Assembly (NCBI RefSeq): GCF_964355755.1 | Contig: NC_092676.1 | Location: 16,758,871 to 16,822,870, forward strand | Direction of reading: 5' to 3' | Length of the DNA: 64,000 nucleotides | Source: Antedon mediterranea | Taxonomy: Eukaryota; Animalia; Echinodermata | Part shown: positions 26,641-40,429 of the stretch, piece by piece | How the letters are laid out: each line of letters begins with the position of its first letter | How positions within the stretch are numbered: position 1 is the first letter of the stretch | Position numbers and translations under genes: made by a program | The notes under the pieces: generated by a model | Databases searched by the model: none | Seen by the model: only the letters and a program-made list of their open reading frames with translations | What the model was told of the DNA's origin: nothing

Positions 26641-27534
26641 AATTATGATTAACTTTATATTCGACGCTATCACGTCATCTTTTCATAACGGTTCGGCATA
26701 ATGGTGAGCTACCGATAATAACGTCAAGATCATGATTGGCGTGTTAATTAAAACGGTTGGTACACAGTAGTACGTAACTACTATATTTTCACGGAAGCAA
26801 AATATTACAAATAAACATTTTAACATCAAACATTTCCTCATACCTAATTTATTTTATTGTAATGTTTTCCATTTAGTAGTGTTACTAAGATACAACTAAT
26901 AAAAAGATGAATATTCATAAATATGGTTTAATTTAGAGAGTAATACGGTTCAATGATGTGTTTGTGACTGAAGACATGTTTCCACAATACTATCAATAGG
27001 TAATTATTTTCATGTGTGCGTAGATTGAACGTTGATTTGTCAATATACCTATTTTTATCAAAGATAATTATCAGACAATCACTGAGGGATATTTGAATAT
27101 GCGCAGAGGGTCCCCTAGCCAAACGCTTCATTAAAACTCCTAGTTAGTTACGCCCACTAGTTACATGCCATGCCAACAAAGCTATATGCAATTATGTATA
27201 ACAAAGCATATCTGCTCCTGCCTACTTCACTTAATATACTGTATGTATTGTGTTAGTAATAAATCAGTAATATTGATTGTGTATTGGGAATACAGCAATC
27301 CAATTAACAGAACCTATATGAACAAGTAGAGCACAAATCGCACAGTCCTAATAAAACTCTCATATCTTTTAGGTTGAAATTACTAATTTGCAGGCATTGT
27401 CTTATAAGAAAGGGTACTTTATAGGTATCGTCAGCATAACAATATATCGGTATACTCAAACGTAATTTTGAATAACGAAATGTATAGTATAGTATACTTA
27501 ATATATTACAATATTGATTATATACTTATATACC

Positions 27535-28025
27535 GAAGAGTATGGAGTTAATAAAATATAGTGAATTTGTAGGGGTTGTAGAGGAAGTGTATAGCTCTGG
27601 TTTTTTATTTGATTTGATAAAGGTAATAAGACTAAGATACGAGGAGATTTTTTGGAAATGACATATTTTGGCCGACACAGGTTAAATTCCAACTATAAAG
27701 GATAGCAAAATTAATTAATTGTTGCACTTTATATAACACCTTAATATTATTAAGTATTTCTTTGGACGATTGTTGATCACATGACGTGTAATAGCCGGTA
27801 TAGGAAATTCTCGCTTTTACGAAAAGACAATCTACGTGAAATCCAATAGCAGCAGCAACCAGTCTGTTTTTCTGCGAACGGAAGCAGCGACGCACACAAT
27901 GAACATTTGCAAAAGTCTCCTTGTTCTTATTGTTTTATTAACCTCATCAAGTCAAATAAAAACCCAGAGGTATACACCTCCTCTACAACCCCTACAAATT
28001 CGCCATATTTTAAAAACTCTATACT
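27535..28025. repeat. Inverted repeat (~120-bp arms, ~245-bp spacer), foldback/MITE-like
   Basis: gaatttgtaggggttgtagaggaagtgtatagctctgg (27563-27600) is the reverse complement of ccagaggtatacacctcctctacaacccctacaaattc (27964-28001), with a few mismatches. Confidence 0.8.
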
Positions 28026-29177
28026 TTACTGTTTCTTCACAAAAAGATCAGAACAATGGCAATGACACGAATCTACTTAGAATACAAATAATGAATGTTT
28101 TATATTCGTGCGCTGTTAGAAATAATTTTATTCGGTGAAATATAAAATTCTATTTTGACTCTGCCTTCGCCTCGTGAAATTATAATTTCATCTTTCACCT
28201 CATAAAATTATTATATAATTATTAATTATGTTCTTTATATTTATTGTTTATTTTCCTTGTTTTATGGTGTAAACTGAATAGAGGTTGGGTGACCCCAATT
28301 CATTTTTTGTTTTTTGATAAATCTAAATATAAAAAAAGACCAAATACATAATGAAAAAATGCCAGACTAATATTATATTTACAAAAACAACTCAACGTGT
28401 TTTTTTTATTGAGGCCATATAATTAAAACTACAATTCTAGTATCCTTATGGAATTATAGACTTACGTATACACTTTTTGATATTAATTTTTTGTTCTACT
28501 GTACCGTGAGTTCATTTTATTTTAATTGAAAATGCCTAAGATTATGTGATAACTTAACACAACCATACAATAATACATTATATCTGCATAATATATCTAA
28601 AATTAAAATTAACTCTGTGCTTCAATCTATTTTCATCATCATCGTCTACTTAACTAGTTTTTGTAGTGTGTCGGTCTGATCCCGTAAGAAACAACGTGTT
28701 TATAATATGCAATAGAAATATACATACACTTTTCCCCTCTATATCTTTAAACGAGCTATAACGTGTTTTGCTTTTATTACGATATTGAATATTACTAAAA
28801 TAAATATAATTGAATTTTACAATGTACAATTTCTGATCACCTTATTTGGAATGTTTCTATTATTCACTTGTTTTACCGTTCATTGGTAGCTAAAACTTAT
28901 ATCTATCTAAAAAGCAACATTCATAACTGTACCGTTTACAACAAATAATTAACAATAGGCCTATCCATTGTTTTTGTCACACAGGTCTCTAAAGTCTGTA
29001 TGTTCTTTTCTTCCAAAACCGAATATCATTATATATATTACTTGCACCGATGTTTTGCTCGAAAGGTCTGGCTGTTTTACTTTATCGTTTTGATTTTTGC
29101 TTATTTTATTTGTATCTCCATCCAGTCACTGCTGATACCATCAACATTGCCATTTTCAGTAATTTGATTTTGGATTA

Positions 29178-29179
29178 TA

Positions 29180-29213
<34 letters not shown>
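29178..29213. repeat. (TA)n microsatellite
   Basis: Direct read. Confidence 0.9.
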
Positions 29214-29214
<1 letters not shown>

Positions 29215-29883
29215 GGCCTATTATTGTAATCGTTTACAATTAGTAATCGAATTCTTTTTGTACGCTGTCGATAAAGCAGTACGGTCTGTATAGTTCAGTG
29301 TCCAACCAGTAGCTATATAACTAATACTCTATAAGAGATATTTTGTGACATAACCACTACTGACAGTCTTTTAGTATCCTTAGTTCATGAGCAGACGATA
29401 TCATTATTCCAAAACATGTATAGTATTATATTTTTAAAAACTGGGTTGTCGTTGAGACTTTACAATCTATATTAAAGACTTTGGTTTCCGTAATTTGTTG
29501 ATGTTACGTAAGTTAGAGGAAACGCCGTTCTTTAAAAGAATGAATTGGATCTTGATTTGACACGGATGGATTTCCTTATAGTTTACTCGATTCTGCAAAG
29601 TGTTGTCTCCACATACTAATACTAAATAATCGCCAAGTGTTGATAATACAGCATTTCAACCCGCGAATATCAGGTGTATAGTTACCTTTAGTTCATTGTC
29701 ACCATAGGCATGGGATTCCATCTTTTTTTTAGATCATTCCGTTTGCCAAATGCAAGAGATTAAAAAGAACAACTGTTTTTACTGTTGCCGTAATGTGTGT
29801 AGAGATGTTCATCCGTGTTGAATGCAGTTCATTTGTGCTGTTCCAGCTGCTTCATAATCTTGCTAGCTTTTTTTGTATTTTTA

Positions 29884-30231
29884 CTACAGATAATAATATC
29901 CTTTAGTGTAGTAGTCAAACCCAGGCATATAATCTAACGGAGCTGGTGGTGCAGTCACATTGAAGATATAACATAATCTGTCAACGTTCTTAAAAACATA
30001 CGACTTGCACGCTGTAAACCAGTGGCATTCATACGCACATTTTTCCAAGTCTGCAACACGAACAACAGTTTTTGAAGTATTATGATCTAGAGAATAACTG
30101 TACGTGTGCGTAACGCTTGGGTCAACATTCCAGTTGTAAACGGCCCCTGCTCCTTCGCAGAAACTCTCATGCGAGGCAACTGTGTTTGATGCAAGAATTG
30201 TCAGAAAACAGTAAAATAATATTTTCCACAT
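29884..30231 (-). CDS. Small secreted PAN/apple-like protein, paralogue 1 (115 aa, single coding exon)
   Basis: Signal-like MWKILFYCFLTILASNTVA; core CAYECHWFTACKSYVF...LCYIF resembles the PAN C-x3-C...C-x-S...C pattern; TATATAA ~85 bp upstream; a paralogue lies 2 kb away. Confidence 0.8.
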   Translation of the reverse strand: MWKILFYCFLTILASNTVASHESFCEGAGAVYNWNVDPSVTHTYSYSLDHNTSKTVVRVADLEKCAYECHWFTACKSYVFKNVDRLCYIFNVTAPPAPLDYMPGFDYYTKGYYYL

Positions 30232-32171
30232 TTCCGTGTTGGCTAGAACTACAACAAAGTTATCGAAATGAATATGTTGCAATCTACTCTGTCATAACTA
30301 ACCAATTTCCGAAGCTTATATACTGCAATTAGTACACAGTAAGACCAATCATAAAAATAAATGGTTTTTATACAACAAAAAATAATGATTCTATATGCCA
30401 ATTATAACTTAGACTTATTGCAGTAGTGTTATTACTGTCGTTAAAGTGAGATGCGCATACCACTACACTAATTGACTGCGCATCATTAAGTAAGCAATTA
30501 TCAACATTAACTTTCTTGTATAAGGAAAGTATTATTTATATTGTGTATTGAAATATATCATTTATAGTAGGCCTATATCACACTTCAATTTGGTATTTTT
30601 TATCCTATTAAGTGTATAACCTTACTTCCACTAGGATGTAATGCAATAAGTAATTTCACCGGTCACAAGCGAATATTGTGGTAGTTAAATTACTTTCGTT
30701 GCCCGTACGTGCTTTCATTGTCCTATGTAGAAGTCCGGCAAATTAAGCGAAATACCGAATTATTGATATACTATATACGATGTAACTAATCTAATAAATA
30801 CAAAGAAGTCAGATAATGTGTACTATTTCTATCCATTGACAATAGCTTCTGGTTGTGTTTATTTGATGTATAATTTTTATTACCGTTTGGAGTCGATTTA
30901 GTCCGGCAAATCTTTCTGGCAAAACTTGCTTCTGATTGACACTGATTATAATCATGATTATAAATATTATACTATTATGTAGGTTATATTTTTGTATGCG
31001 ATATTTATTTGTTTTTGTGTGGATATGTGTTTGTTAGCAGGAAAACGTGAAAACTAAAGACGGATCCTTACCAAATTTAAAAAACTGATATATACCATAA
31101 GACTCCATTTGATTTTGGAGACAATTCAGACTTTGTAATATTTTACTTTAATTTTAGACGGATATTTACCAAATTTAAATCAATAACCATGATCCCAGTC
31201 CATACCCATTTTGCTGTGGGATGATGGTCAACTTTTGATCTGTGGTTACCAACTGAACAACATACTTTTTGTATAACAATAAACATTAAACTCCCTGTCT
31301 GATCACACGTTAGTTCGGTATTTTAAACAATAAAAATGTAGAAACGGGCCTTAATTATTTTTAATTTTGCAACGTAGCGCCTGAAGGAGGTATGTAATCT
31401 TCGATTGCTGTTTTTATTATATACTGATTTCAAATAGTAGTTAATTCTACAATTTAAAAGTTATTACTAAGCCTATAGTAATTAAAAGTAAATTGTACAA
31501 TTTCTGATCAATCTAAAAGGTATTGCATATTGCATTCAATTACAAAATGCATTGTAGCCTAAGCCGAAATCACAGTCTTCGCCTATTTAAAGATACATTG
31601 TCTCCCAAAAACATGGAAAATAAAGATTATTAAAATCGGACCAAAAAAGGTCATTTTCCGGGTTTTTTTTAAAGTTAATCATTTCATTAGAATTATGATT
31701 TCACTTGTAAAGGACAAAATATACGGTTAAATATAACAAAATTCCATTGTCTGACAAATAATTTGACTTATTTTTCTTTAACTTACAGTTTTTCAGATGA
31801 AATTGAATTATTATGTGACATTAAAATGGCATATTAAAACAAATTTCAAGAATTATTTTTCAGGGTAACAATACATCTTTAGATAACAAAATTAATTGCT
31901 TCCGGTCCTCTCAAATGAGTCTGCATATAACGCAGGAATGCATAGTTTGAATCTCATCTGATGTAAGTAATTAACATATGTCACAAATGTACCTTGTATA
32001 AATTAATATGTTCAACATAATGCTTGGCTGTATAGACTATCTTTGCTTCCGAATATAAAATAATAACAATTGACTGCTAGATTACAAATCGATCTGAAAA
32101 ATTGGTAGTTGGCTTATCAACCATCTTTCTTGATGTCGGGCTAATAGCAAAAGTTAAAAAATAATACTTAT

Positions 32172-32516
32172 TTAGAAGTAGTAATAGCCCTTAGAATAGT
32201 ATGTGTAGCCGGGCAAATAACGTAATACTTCGTCATCAGAAGTTATCGCAAATATATAGCATAGAGAAGTTCTTTCCTCGTAGACATAGGAACGGCATTC
32301 GGGATACCAGTAACAATCGTAAGCGCAGTCTTCAACTTTTGTAACCAGAGCAATTGTCTTTGACATTCCATGCGGTAAAGAGTAACTTTCATTATGCGGA
32401 AAAGAATTGTTGATTGTCCAGCTGTAAGTAGAATTTGCTTCACAGTGATTCCCACTAGCAGCTAGAATATTATTTACCATAACCATTGTAAAGCAGCAGA
32501 GAAGTTGCTTTTCCAT
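32172..32516 (-). CDS. Small secreted PAN/apple-like protein, paralogue 2 (114 aa, single coding exon)
   Basis: Aligns end to end with paralogue 1 (C-E, YxW, SYSLxH..SKT, CAYxC.W...C.SYV, LCYIF, Y.PG..YY.KGYYY[LF]*). Confidence 0.8.
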   Translation of the reverse strand: MEKQLLCCFTMVMVNNILAASGNHCEANSTYSWTINNSFPHNESYSLPHGMSKTIALVTKVEDCAYDCYWYPECRSYVYEERTSLCYIFAITSDDEVLRYLPGYTYYSKGYYYF

Positions 32517-34506
32517 GTTGGGAGTTGCGTCTTTTATAAATCCAAGTAAATGTTGTGTCCAAGCGATAACTCAACGTTATCTATGTGAGCCAGTCGACTA
32601 CTATGTGATGAGCTATGAATTGCAAAAACTCTTAATAATAGTAAAATCAATTATCATCCGGGTGATCACGTTGAATGAATTGATCTACCTATCCTCCGCC
32701 TTCCACACAGAAAGCTTTCTGCAAGAATGATTGAAACACCGCTGAACTGTAATGATTGCGTGCAATATAATGCGTATTGTAACGGGACTAATATCCGGAA
32801 CATTTTATAAATCTGTGTTTTTGTTTAATTTTAGATTATGTTTGATTGATGTGGCTTAGTTTACATTCTAATTTCTTGACGTAGGCCCATTTGCTATTAA
32901 TAAAAATATAATAAAGACGTATACTGTTATTCTAATAAATCTATTTTTTATTTTTAGTATCGTTCACATGTTATGCCTTAAGTCATATAGGCCTATTTAA
33001 AGAGTAACTATTACGTTGATCATGGGATCTTTAATAGTGTGTGAAGTCTCTTTTTAAATTTGTAACGATATTGATAGTATGTATAGACTTTTATTGCCTT
33101 TTTACCATATTGTTTGTAGCTTTGAAGGTGTTCTCAATTTTTGTAAATGCTGTCTTCTTTCTTAGTAGGGTCTACGCTCAACACGCATAATTTGACCGCA
33201 ATGCATACTAAACTAATTTGACCAATCACACTGATAGTGTATCATAATAATCCGCAATATTATATGTATGCCTAAATTTATCAGACCTTTCCTTGACGAC
33301 CGACTGTAAAAAGACTTTACCTTTACTTGTATATCGCTGACGAGCAGGCTAACTTCACATAGTTGACAAAATGATTGAATATTTCATTAACACACAAAAT
33401 AGCAATGTTTATATTAATATATTGCAGTTTTCAACTACATGCTGGTGTTAACATACGTTTCAATACCAAAATATCAGTTTATTTGGAATTTATAATTATA
33501 TTCACCGTTTCATTTAATTAAATTCAATAGTTTCCATGTGTTTGTTGACGCATGTAATTACACCTATTGTGTCAAGACAAAGGTCTGCGTTATCAACAGA
33601 TATAAGAATAATCTAAAATCAGTACTATAACTACAGTGTAGCAATTGATATGTAAATAACCATAACGAATGATATTTTCGCATCTACTTGACCACAAATA
33701 AACCAGTACGCGAACATTTTGTTTAGTAGGTTGGTTTATATGCCTTGGTGAAATCGCGACACCGATCATTATTGTACAAAACTCTTTTATTATATTTATT
33801 TATACTGAAAAACTGTAAAATACTCGTTAATAAACAAATTATCGTTGGCCCAGTGGCTTTACTTTTGATTTATTCATGAATATAGAAACTCATTTTACTC
33901 TATAGTGTAAAGTACGTATAATAGAAGCACAACGTCTAGTTTAATATCAGCGAGTTTTTCCTGCAGCAATAGATAACTGGACGATAATGTAGTGTTGCTT
34001 TGAAGCACACACTTAAGAGTAAAGTTTTTAATTAGAGCCATATTCACACAATAGATTCCATTAGTATACGCATTTTGTAGTCATAGAACAAATCGGCTAT
34101 GGTAGGCATATTATCTGTACATAATTTATTATGACATTGTAAATTTAATGTTTAAGTTAGATTTTACGATAACCACAAGTACCTAAGAATCAGTGATTTC
34201 TGTATACAGTCACTCCAATTTTCTTAGCTCAAGAACCGATTTAAAGTTTGTTCTAGAACTGAGAGAAGAATTTCTGTAACAAAAGTATTTAATTTCTTAA
34301 CTGCTCATAGGCATAGATGTGCTAATTTCTTTATGTTGATTTTTATGCAAACGTCTAAGTTATTCTTTCCATTTAAATGGTTTTTTGTTTTATTCTTCCT
34401 GAATGGCAAGTTGCAGTCTTTCTGTTGCAGTCTTTCTATTCGTCAGTGGACATTTTTAGTCGATGTTTTTACAAAATGAGACTGGACATTTTCATAGAAA
34501 AAACAT

Positions 34507-37500
34507 TTATTGACTCGTTGATGTGTCAACTGCTGAAGGTTCTTTGGGGTTTGCCCATTCCTGTGTCTCGCCACTAGCTAGAATAAGGAAAACCAGTAAA
34601 CCGAACATCTGTACAGCTGCCAGAATCCAAAATTGAATTTTCCATTGTCCTAACGTATTCTAAAATTAATTTAGAAAGACAATCATACTATAATTTAAAT
34701 TACCTATACATCGACATATTATAAACTACAAATAAATAACGGGGTGGTGATAACGATACTTGTAGTACGTACGTACATAAGTTGTGGCTTGTGCATTTCA
34801 AATAACTTGTAAATGACCATGATTGTTTGTGAGACTGTATGTCGAGACTCGCCTACCTTATTTTACTTCAGGAGATTCTTTTGCTCAAAATGTTTAATTG
34901 GTTTTTTTACTTTAATGACAAATTAATATATAAAATTATTCTTGTTCTTACGTTTGTTTCTGTTAATGCTCCCAATATAGACGTACCAATAAAGCCACCA
35001 CAAGCTCCAATTGAAAACATTATGCCACTGATCACTCCTGAATGAAGAGGTGCGAAATCGGAAACATTAGCATTGATTCCAGTGATTTTGAATCCGAACA
35101 TTCCAAAAGCAATAACTATTAATAAAACTGAGTATGCTGCATTGTTTGAAACGTAGCCCAATGATACCAAAGATATAGATGACATGCCAAACCCTGAAGA
35201 AAAAAAATAGGTTATAGGGAATTTCAATTCATTGTTACTGTATGCATGAATACCCATGACCCACATCCATTTTTCAATAATTTTCAATTAGTTTTGTATT
35301 TAATTAGTTATAGGTAACATATAAACAATTAATTACCAATAACATTGAGTAGATGACGTGTTCCTATTTTACTTAATTTTCCATGTGAAATCAAATAATC
35401 TGCCAAAAAACCACCACACACGGTAGTGACAACCTGAAACACTTGCGGAAGGATGTTCAATAATCCCATCTGTGGATTATTTTACAAAGGAAAAAAGGAA
35501 TGCTGTATGTTTTATGATTTATGTTTACTTAATGTGCACATACTTACATTGTGTTTTAGACAGATTAGCATTAGAAGTACCAGTATGTAAAGTCTATTAA
35601 AATAGTTATTCCTACTACAAAATAACATTAGGCCTACTTACAGTATTTTTCAAGCGTTACTAATTATTCAATATTTTGCAATGCCGTGAACAAATCAGGA
35701 AACTTACCGTTTTTATTTCAAAATGTAATATTGTTGAAAGGAATGTTGGGATGTCTGTAAATAGAAGAAAATGTCCAAATTCGAATGAAAAGTTAGCAAT
35801 ACACACAGCTATTACAGGCCCTGACATTATCAATTTCTTCCAAGGTACATCATACATCTTCTAAAAATAATAATAATAATAAATATTTATGTATAATAGT
35901 TTTTAAAAACAAATAAAGAAAACGAGAATATAATCGTAAAAAAATATCTAATTTTTAAAAAGTGTATTAAAAAAGATAAATAAAGTATTAACAAATATAA
36001 ATAGATACACATTTTTTTAAGAATTGTAAAAAGGAATTGACTAGAGATATGTTCAATAGAACACGAACCCAGTCAGACGAATCATAAAGATATACGACGA
36101 TTAAAACTATTACATGTTAAAAAAATGTTTGAAAGATTGTAAAAGTTAAAAATGACTGTTAAAATGTGTACAATTTTTCTCATCATCAGTTTGATTAGAG
36201 TTTGTTTTCGATTTTTTGGATAAGGAGCGTTATACTAAATAATTAGAAAGAGGACATTTTTACACTGACTGACAATCACACTTGGGTGTTGAAAGTCTAG
36301 GGACTAAATACGGAAAGTTGACATTTTTATCCTGGCTGATTTAACTCTAAGTATGTCAATAGTAAAGTTTAACAATACATCCAATTGAGTTCATGTTCTA
36401 TTGAACATAGTATCTCTAGTTTATATATAATATTTTATAATATTAACTTGACGATAACAGTCATTTAAATTTCTCGGTTGAAGTACTGTACCTGCGAACG
36501 TGTACTGATATTATTTGACTGTATATTAGATAGACATTCTATAATATACCATCCAAGATATAACAAAACACCACATATCCCTATAAAATAGTAAAAAGTA
36601 GTAGTGGCCTATTGTATGTATTTAATAATAATAGCTCAATAAACAATGATGAATGAAAAATCTGATAATAAAACTTTAGTCGACTAAAACTAATTTAACA
36701 GCAGGAAACAAACAAATATTACAGAAATAGCCTTCAGACAGGAGCCTATGGCTTTAAGTTATTGAAAATATTGTTCAACGAATTAAAAAAAAATCAGTTA
36801 TATATAATAGGTATTCAGCCGCATACAATTTGTATTGACTGTCGAAGGCTATGCTGTGTGCATCATTGAGTCACTTTAAAGGTTGCTTAATCATTAAAAT
36901 TGGATAAATAAAATTCAATTGGAGTCGATACGTTTTTAGGTATTTTACAAAATTTGCCAGACACGAGCCAAAATCTTAATTTTAAATTTGTTTCATCCAG
37001 TACGTTGACAATGCATTTTTAATCCTTATTTCCGAGAACTTGGGAATAATTCTGTTATATAACCTATTCCAATTCTGAAATATTTAAACTTACCATATAC
37101 ATAAAATGTAGATGGCCAGCCTCCCAGAAACCTGCTTGAACAAAGTAGTGCGGAGACATAGCTGGCTAATATTGGACCAAAACTGTAACCTATAATAAAA
37201 TAACTAAGCTTAACTTTTTTTTTTTGGTGGATAGCCAAATGTAATTCCGTGTAATGCTCAAATTAAGTTGTTGGCAGATTTCGAATCAATAGGACCAGTA
37301 GAATTCATTGCAATAGAAGGCAATTTTTTCTTACCCCCATTTTTACCATCAGCATCAAATTGAGTTCTTTGTAGATTTGAAATCTTCCAAGAATTCAATT
37401 TAAGCAATAAGCTAACGGAATTATTAATTGGAACATTAAGTTCCTAGTACTACAGTAGGTGTGATATCACTATATGATATAATAGTCTAGTTTAATAATG

Positions 37501-39938
37501 TATTAACGTTGAGTTAGTAACCTACCCAACGAAGCAATTGATAAAAATGTACCACGTTCATCCACTTCTGACCAAGTATCTGTTATCACTAACATTGGTG
37601 AAAGAGTGAAACCCTGTAAACAGATTAGATTCAATTTTTGCATCAATTATAATCATAATGTCTTGTTTATATGAAATATATATATAGGATAACATAATCC
37701 TTATGTTATAAGATGTATCATCATCTTCCCATCATCATCATCATCATCATCATTACAATCATTATTATCATTAACTTTATCATCATTAATAATAATAATT
37801 CAAAGTTTTATCATAAAGTATCGTGTGTTAGTGTTTTTAATCAAACGATATTATTACCTGTCCTATTCCATCAATAATTCTGGTAAATATTAGAAAGCCT
37901 ACTCCAATGCTGGCAGCTGGTGGTGAAACTATCATAGCTATAGATGACATTAAGATTCCCGCCATAAAAACAGAAATACCGTCAAAGTGTCGTAATAGCC
38001 AACCACCAACAGCGGGAGATACTGCATAGCCATAGTAAAAAGACCCTAATATCGCTTGTTGTGTTTCCATATCCCAGTAAAACACAGTCCCCTGTAAATA
38101 GAATAATAATTATTATTTAAATAATAATAATAATTATTATCTGTTTATTTATTAGTATGACCGGTCCTCCACTCGCCGCGAACCAAAGAGTTTAACGAAC
38201 AAAGTAAATTGAGTGAAACAATTAGTTATGATTTGAATTGCAAATGTTTATCTAGTTTGTATTAACAATAAACAGTTGTGAATTTTAGATAGACACACAT
38301 TTACCTTTGTGGTTTCCTGCAGTTTATAGCTTGTCGAATTTAGTCCCGTTATGTGATTTTCTGGATATACCATAGCTATTATTGCAATACTCCAGTTCAT
38401 TCTGTTAGCAAAGACCAACGTATTGCCAAGACAACATACAGACAGAATCACATACCGAAACTTTATTCTGCTCAACGAATCTACAACATTGAAAACAATA
38501 AAGCATAATGTATTGAAACTTTATGATGAATGATTTCTACCAACCTAAATCATAGTACAACAGCGATCATTTAAAACACATGTTCTCAAAACATTAAGGA
38601 ACAAGTGATGTGATGAGCTACAAAACTCGAAGGAAATTGAAGAAAAAGTGGAAAGGTATTTAATAAAACAGTAAAAGAAGTACTTGGGTATAAGAAGAAG
38701 TGCCAACAGCAATGAATAAGCAAGGATTTATGTGAGTTATTTGAAGAAAGAGGAAATTGGAAGGACAGCGTTGAATTAAGAGTACCGGTACCGAAACAAA
38801 GGTAAATAAGTAAAGGGAAGAATGAGAAAAGGTAAGAGAATATGGGTAAATTATCTAGTCCAGTCAGATGAGAAATTGATGAAGTTGAATATCCATAAAG
38901 AGAGAGAAAGAGACATAAAGGCAGCCTTAAATCAAATAAAGAATGGAAATCTAGTGGCTAAGATAACATTACAGTTGAATTATTGAAAGCATTTTAGGAC
39001 AGTGAAGAAGTTCCAAAATCATTGAAACAACAATAACGTATTGTTAAAATACGATAAATACGAATAGAACCAAACCAGAAAAGAAAGACATTCGTTTTTT
39101 CCAGTGGCCATCCGACTCTTAAATTCTTGAACTTTGACTCTTATTATATTGTACTGTGTATTGTGATTTGTGTATATTTTGTAAGATCATTTTAATCCAG
39201 ACCTTTTTAATTGAATTGTCCCGTGTGGAATGATTAAAGAATTTTGAATTGAATTGAACAGAATTTAATTACGATATGGAAATGGATAGGGCATGTGCTA
39301 AGAATAGACGATACCACCAGCAGCGACTCTGTATAACAGCATTGGCATGGAAACCAGAAAGACGAAGGAAAGTTACTCCACAGAAGACAGTGGAGAATGA
39401 AAGGAAAGCCAAACGAGTTGACAGAAACAGAAGGAGCTGGAAATATTGGTGTGGTGTAGTAGAGATTTAAAATGTAGCTCTAAATACTTGACCTGAATAG
39501 CCATTTTGACCTTTGACATTGATATGCTCTACCTAGATAACGACTGTCCGTAATATATACAATGTATTAACTTCCCGTAAGACGTTATTAACTAAAGCCT
39601 GGTTTCCATTAAAATCGCTACAGCGTTTCCATTAAAATCGCTACACGCGCAGATGTCGCCGACGCAATCGGGAAGGCTCCCCGATTCATCGCAGTCAAAT
39701 CGGTAAAGTTCAACCATGTTCAACTTTGCCGATTTTTATACGCGTACTAGATCCCCGATAAACTCTAGCGTTTCCATAGAATCGCTACGCTCTGTCGTTT
39801 AGCGATTTTATGGAAACCAGGCTTTACACAATACTGGATGTGTTGAATGTGTTTAGCTTACCCTCTATTCTGAAAATGTGACTTACCATCATTTTTTAAA
39901 ATCGGTTGATTCTCACTCTCTTCTTGGTGGTTGTACAT
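34507..39938 (-). CDS. SLC17-family (sialin-like) MFS anion transporter (~471 aa; exons 39887-39938, 38305-38480, 37858-38091, 37526-37613, 37094-37189, 36492-36580, 35708-35860, 35337-35469, 34952-35193, 34507-34659)
   Basis: Motifs RMNWSIAIIAMV, FYWDMETQQAILGSFYYGY, TRIIDGIGQG, GGWPSTFYVYG, VPWKKLIMS, DFAPLHSG, ASGETQEWA. GT-AG introns; exons sum to 1416 nt in frame. Confidence 0.9.
36040..36419. mobile_element. TIR-bounded element in an SLC17 intron
   Basis: actagagatatgttcaatagaacacgaac...gttcatgttctattgaacatagtatctctagt inverted termini. Confidence 0.7.
37718..37770. repeat. (CAT)n microsatellite
   Basis: Direct read. Confidence 0.85.
38600..39470 (+). mobile_element. Decayed RTE-like LINE fragments in SLC17 intron 1 (antisense to the host gene)
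   Basis: Purine-rich strand with remnants DIKAALNQIKNG..DNITVELLK and WIGHVLR...ALAWKPE.RR, typical of RTE ORF ends; many stops and frameshifts. Confidence 0.6.
39596..39823. mobile_element. MITE (Harbinger-like)
   Basis: TIR agcctggtttccattaaaatcgcta...tagcgattttatggaaaccaggct with TAA/TTA flanks. Confidence 0.85.
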
Positions 39939-40429
39939 ATCACCAAACCTTTCAAACTGTATAATTATTATCAACCATATAGAAATTATGTACAAACAGC
40001 AAATTGTAATTTAATTCTAAACCGGTCGATGGTCAACAACTTTTCGGGATCGATTTATTGAATGTTTGCCGAGCAGTTGAACAAAAAGTGTGAAGAGGCT
40101 TTTGTGTATTGTTTAGTGTATCGGCAGTTTTATAACCAATCCAAAGACTGGAATGAACCGTGATTTCCCTTAGTGTCTAATTTTCTTCACGTCATTGCAC
40201 ATTGCACATCCAAAGAAATTGGAATCAAGTGTGATTTCCCTTTTTGTTTGTCAAACCATGGGGTCCACGGCAAAGGACAACATATCATGGGAAGTTTTCA
40301 GAATGAACTTTCTAGAGTCCCTCAAAGCTCAGTAGGTGGTGGTGCCGTCTACACTTCTTGAAACCGGTCTCTCGTCAATCTCTAGTAGTTTAATTTCGTT
40401 TTATTTATTTTTTCTTTTATTAGTAAAGT

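Noticed and set aside
27498-28138. Similar ORFs on opposite strands (YTxPLQPLQI)
   Set aside because: An artefact of the inverted repeat arms.
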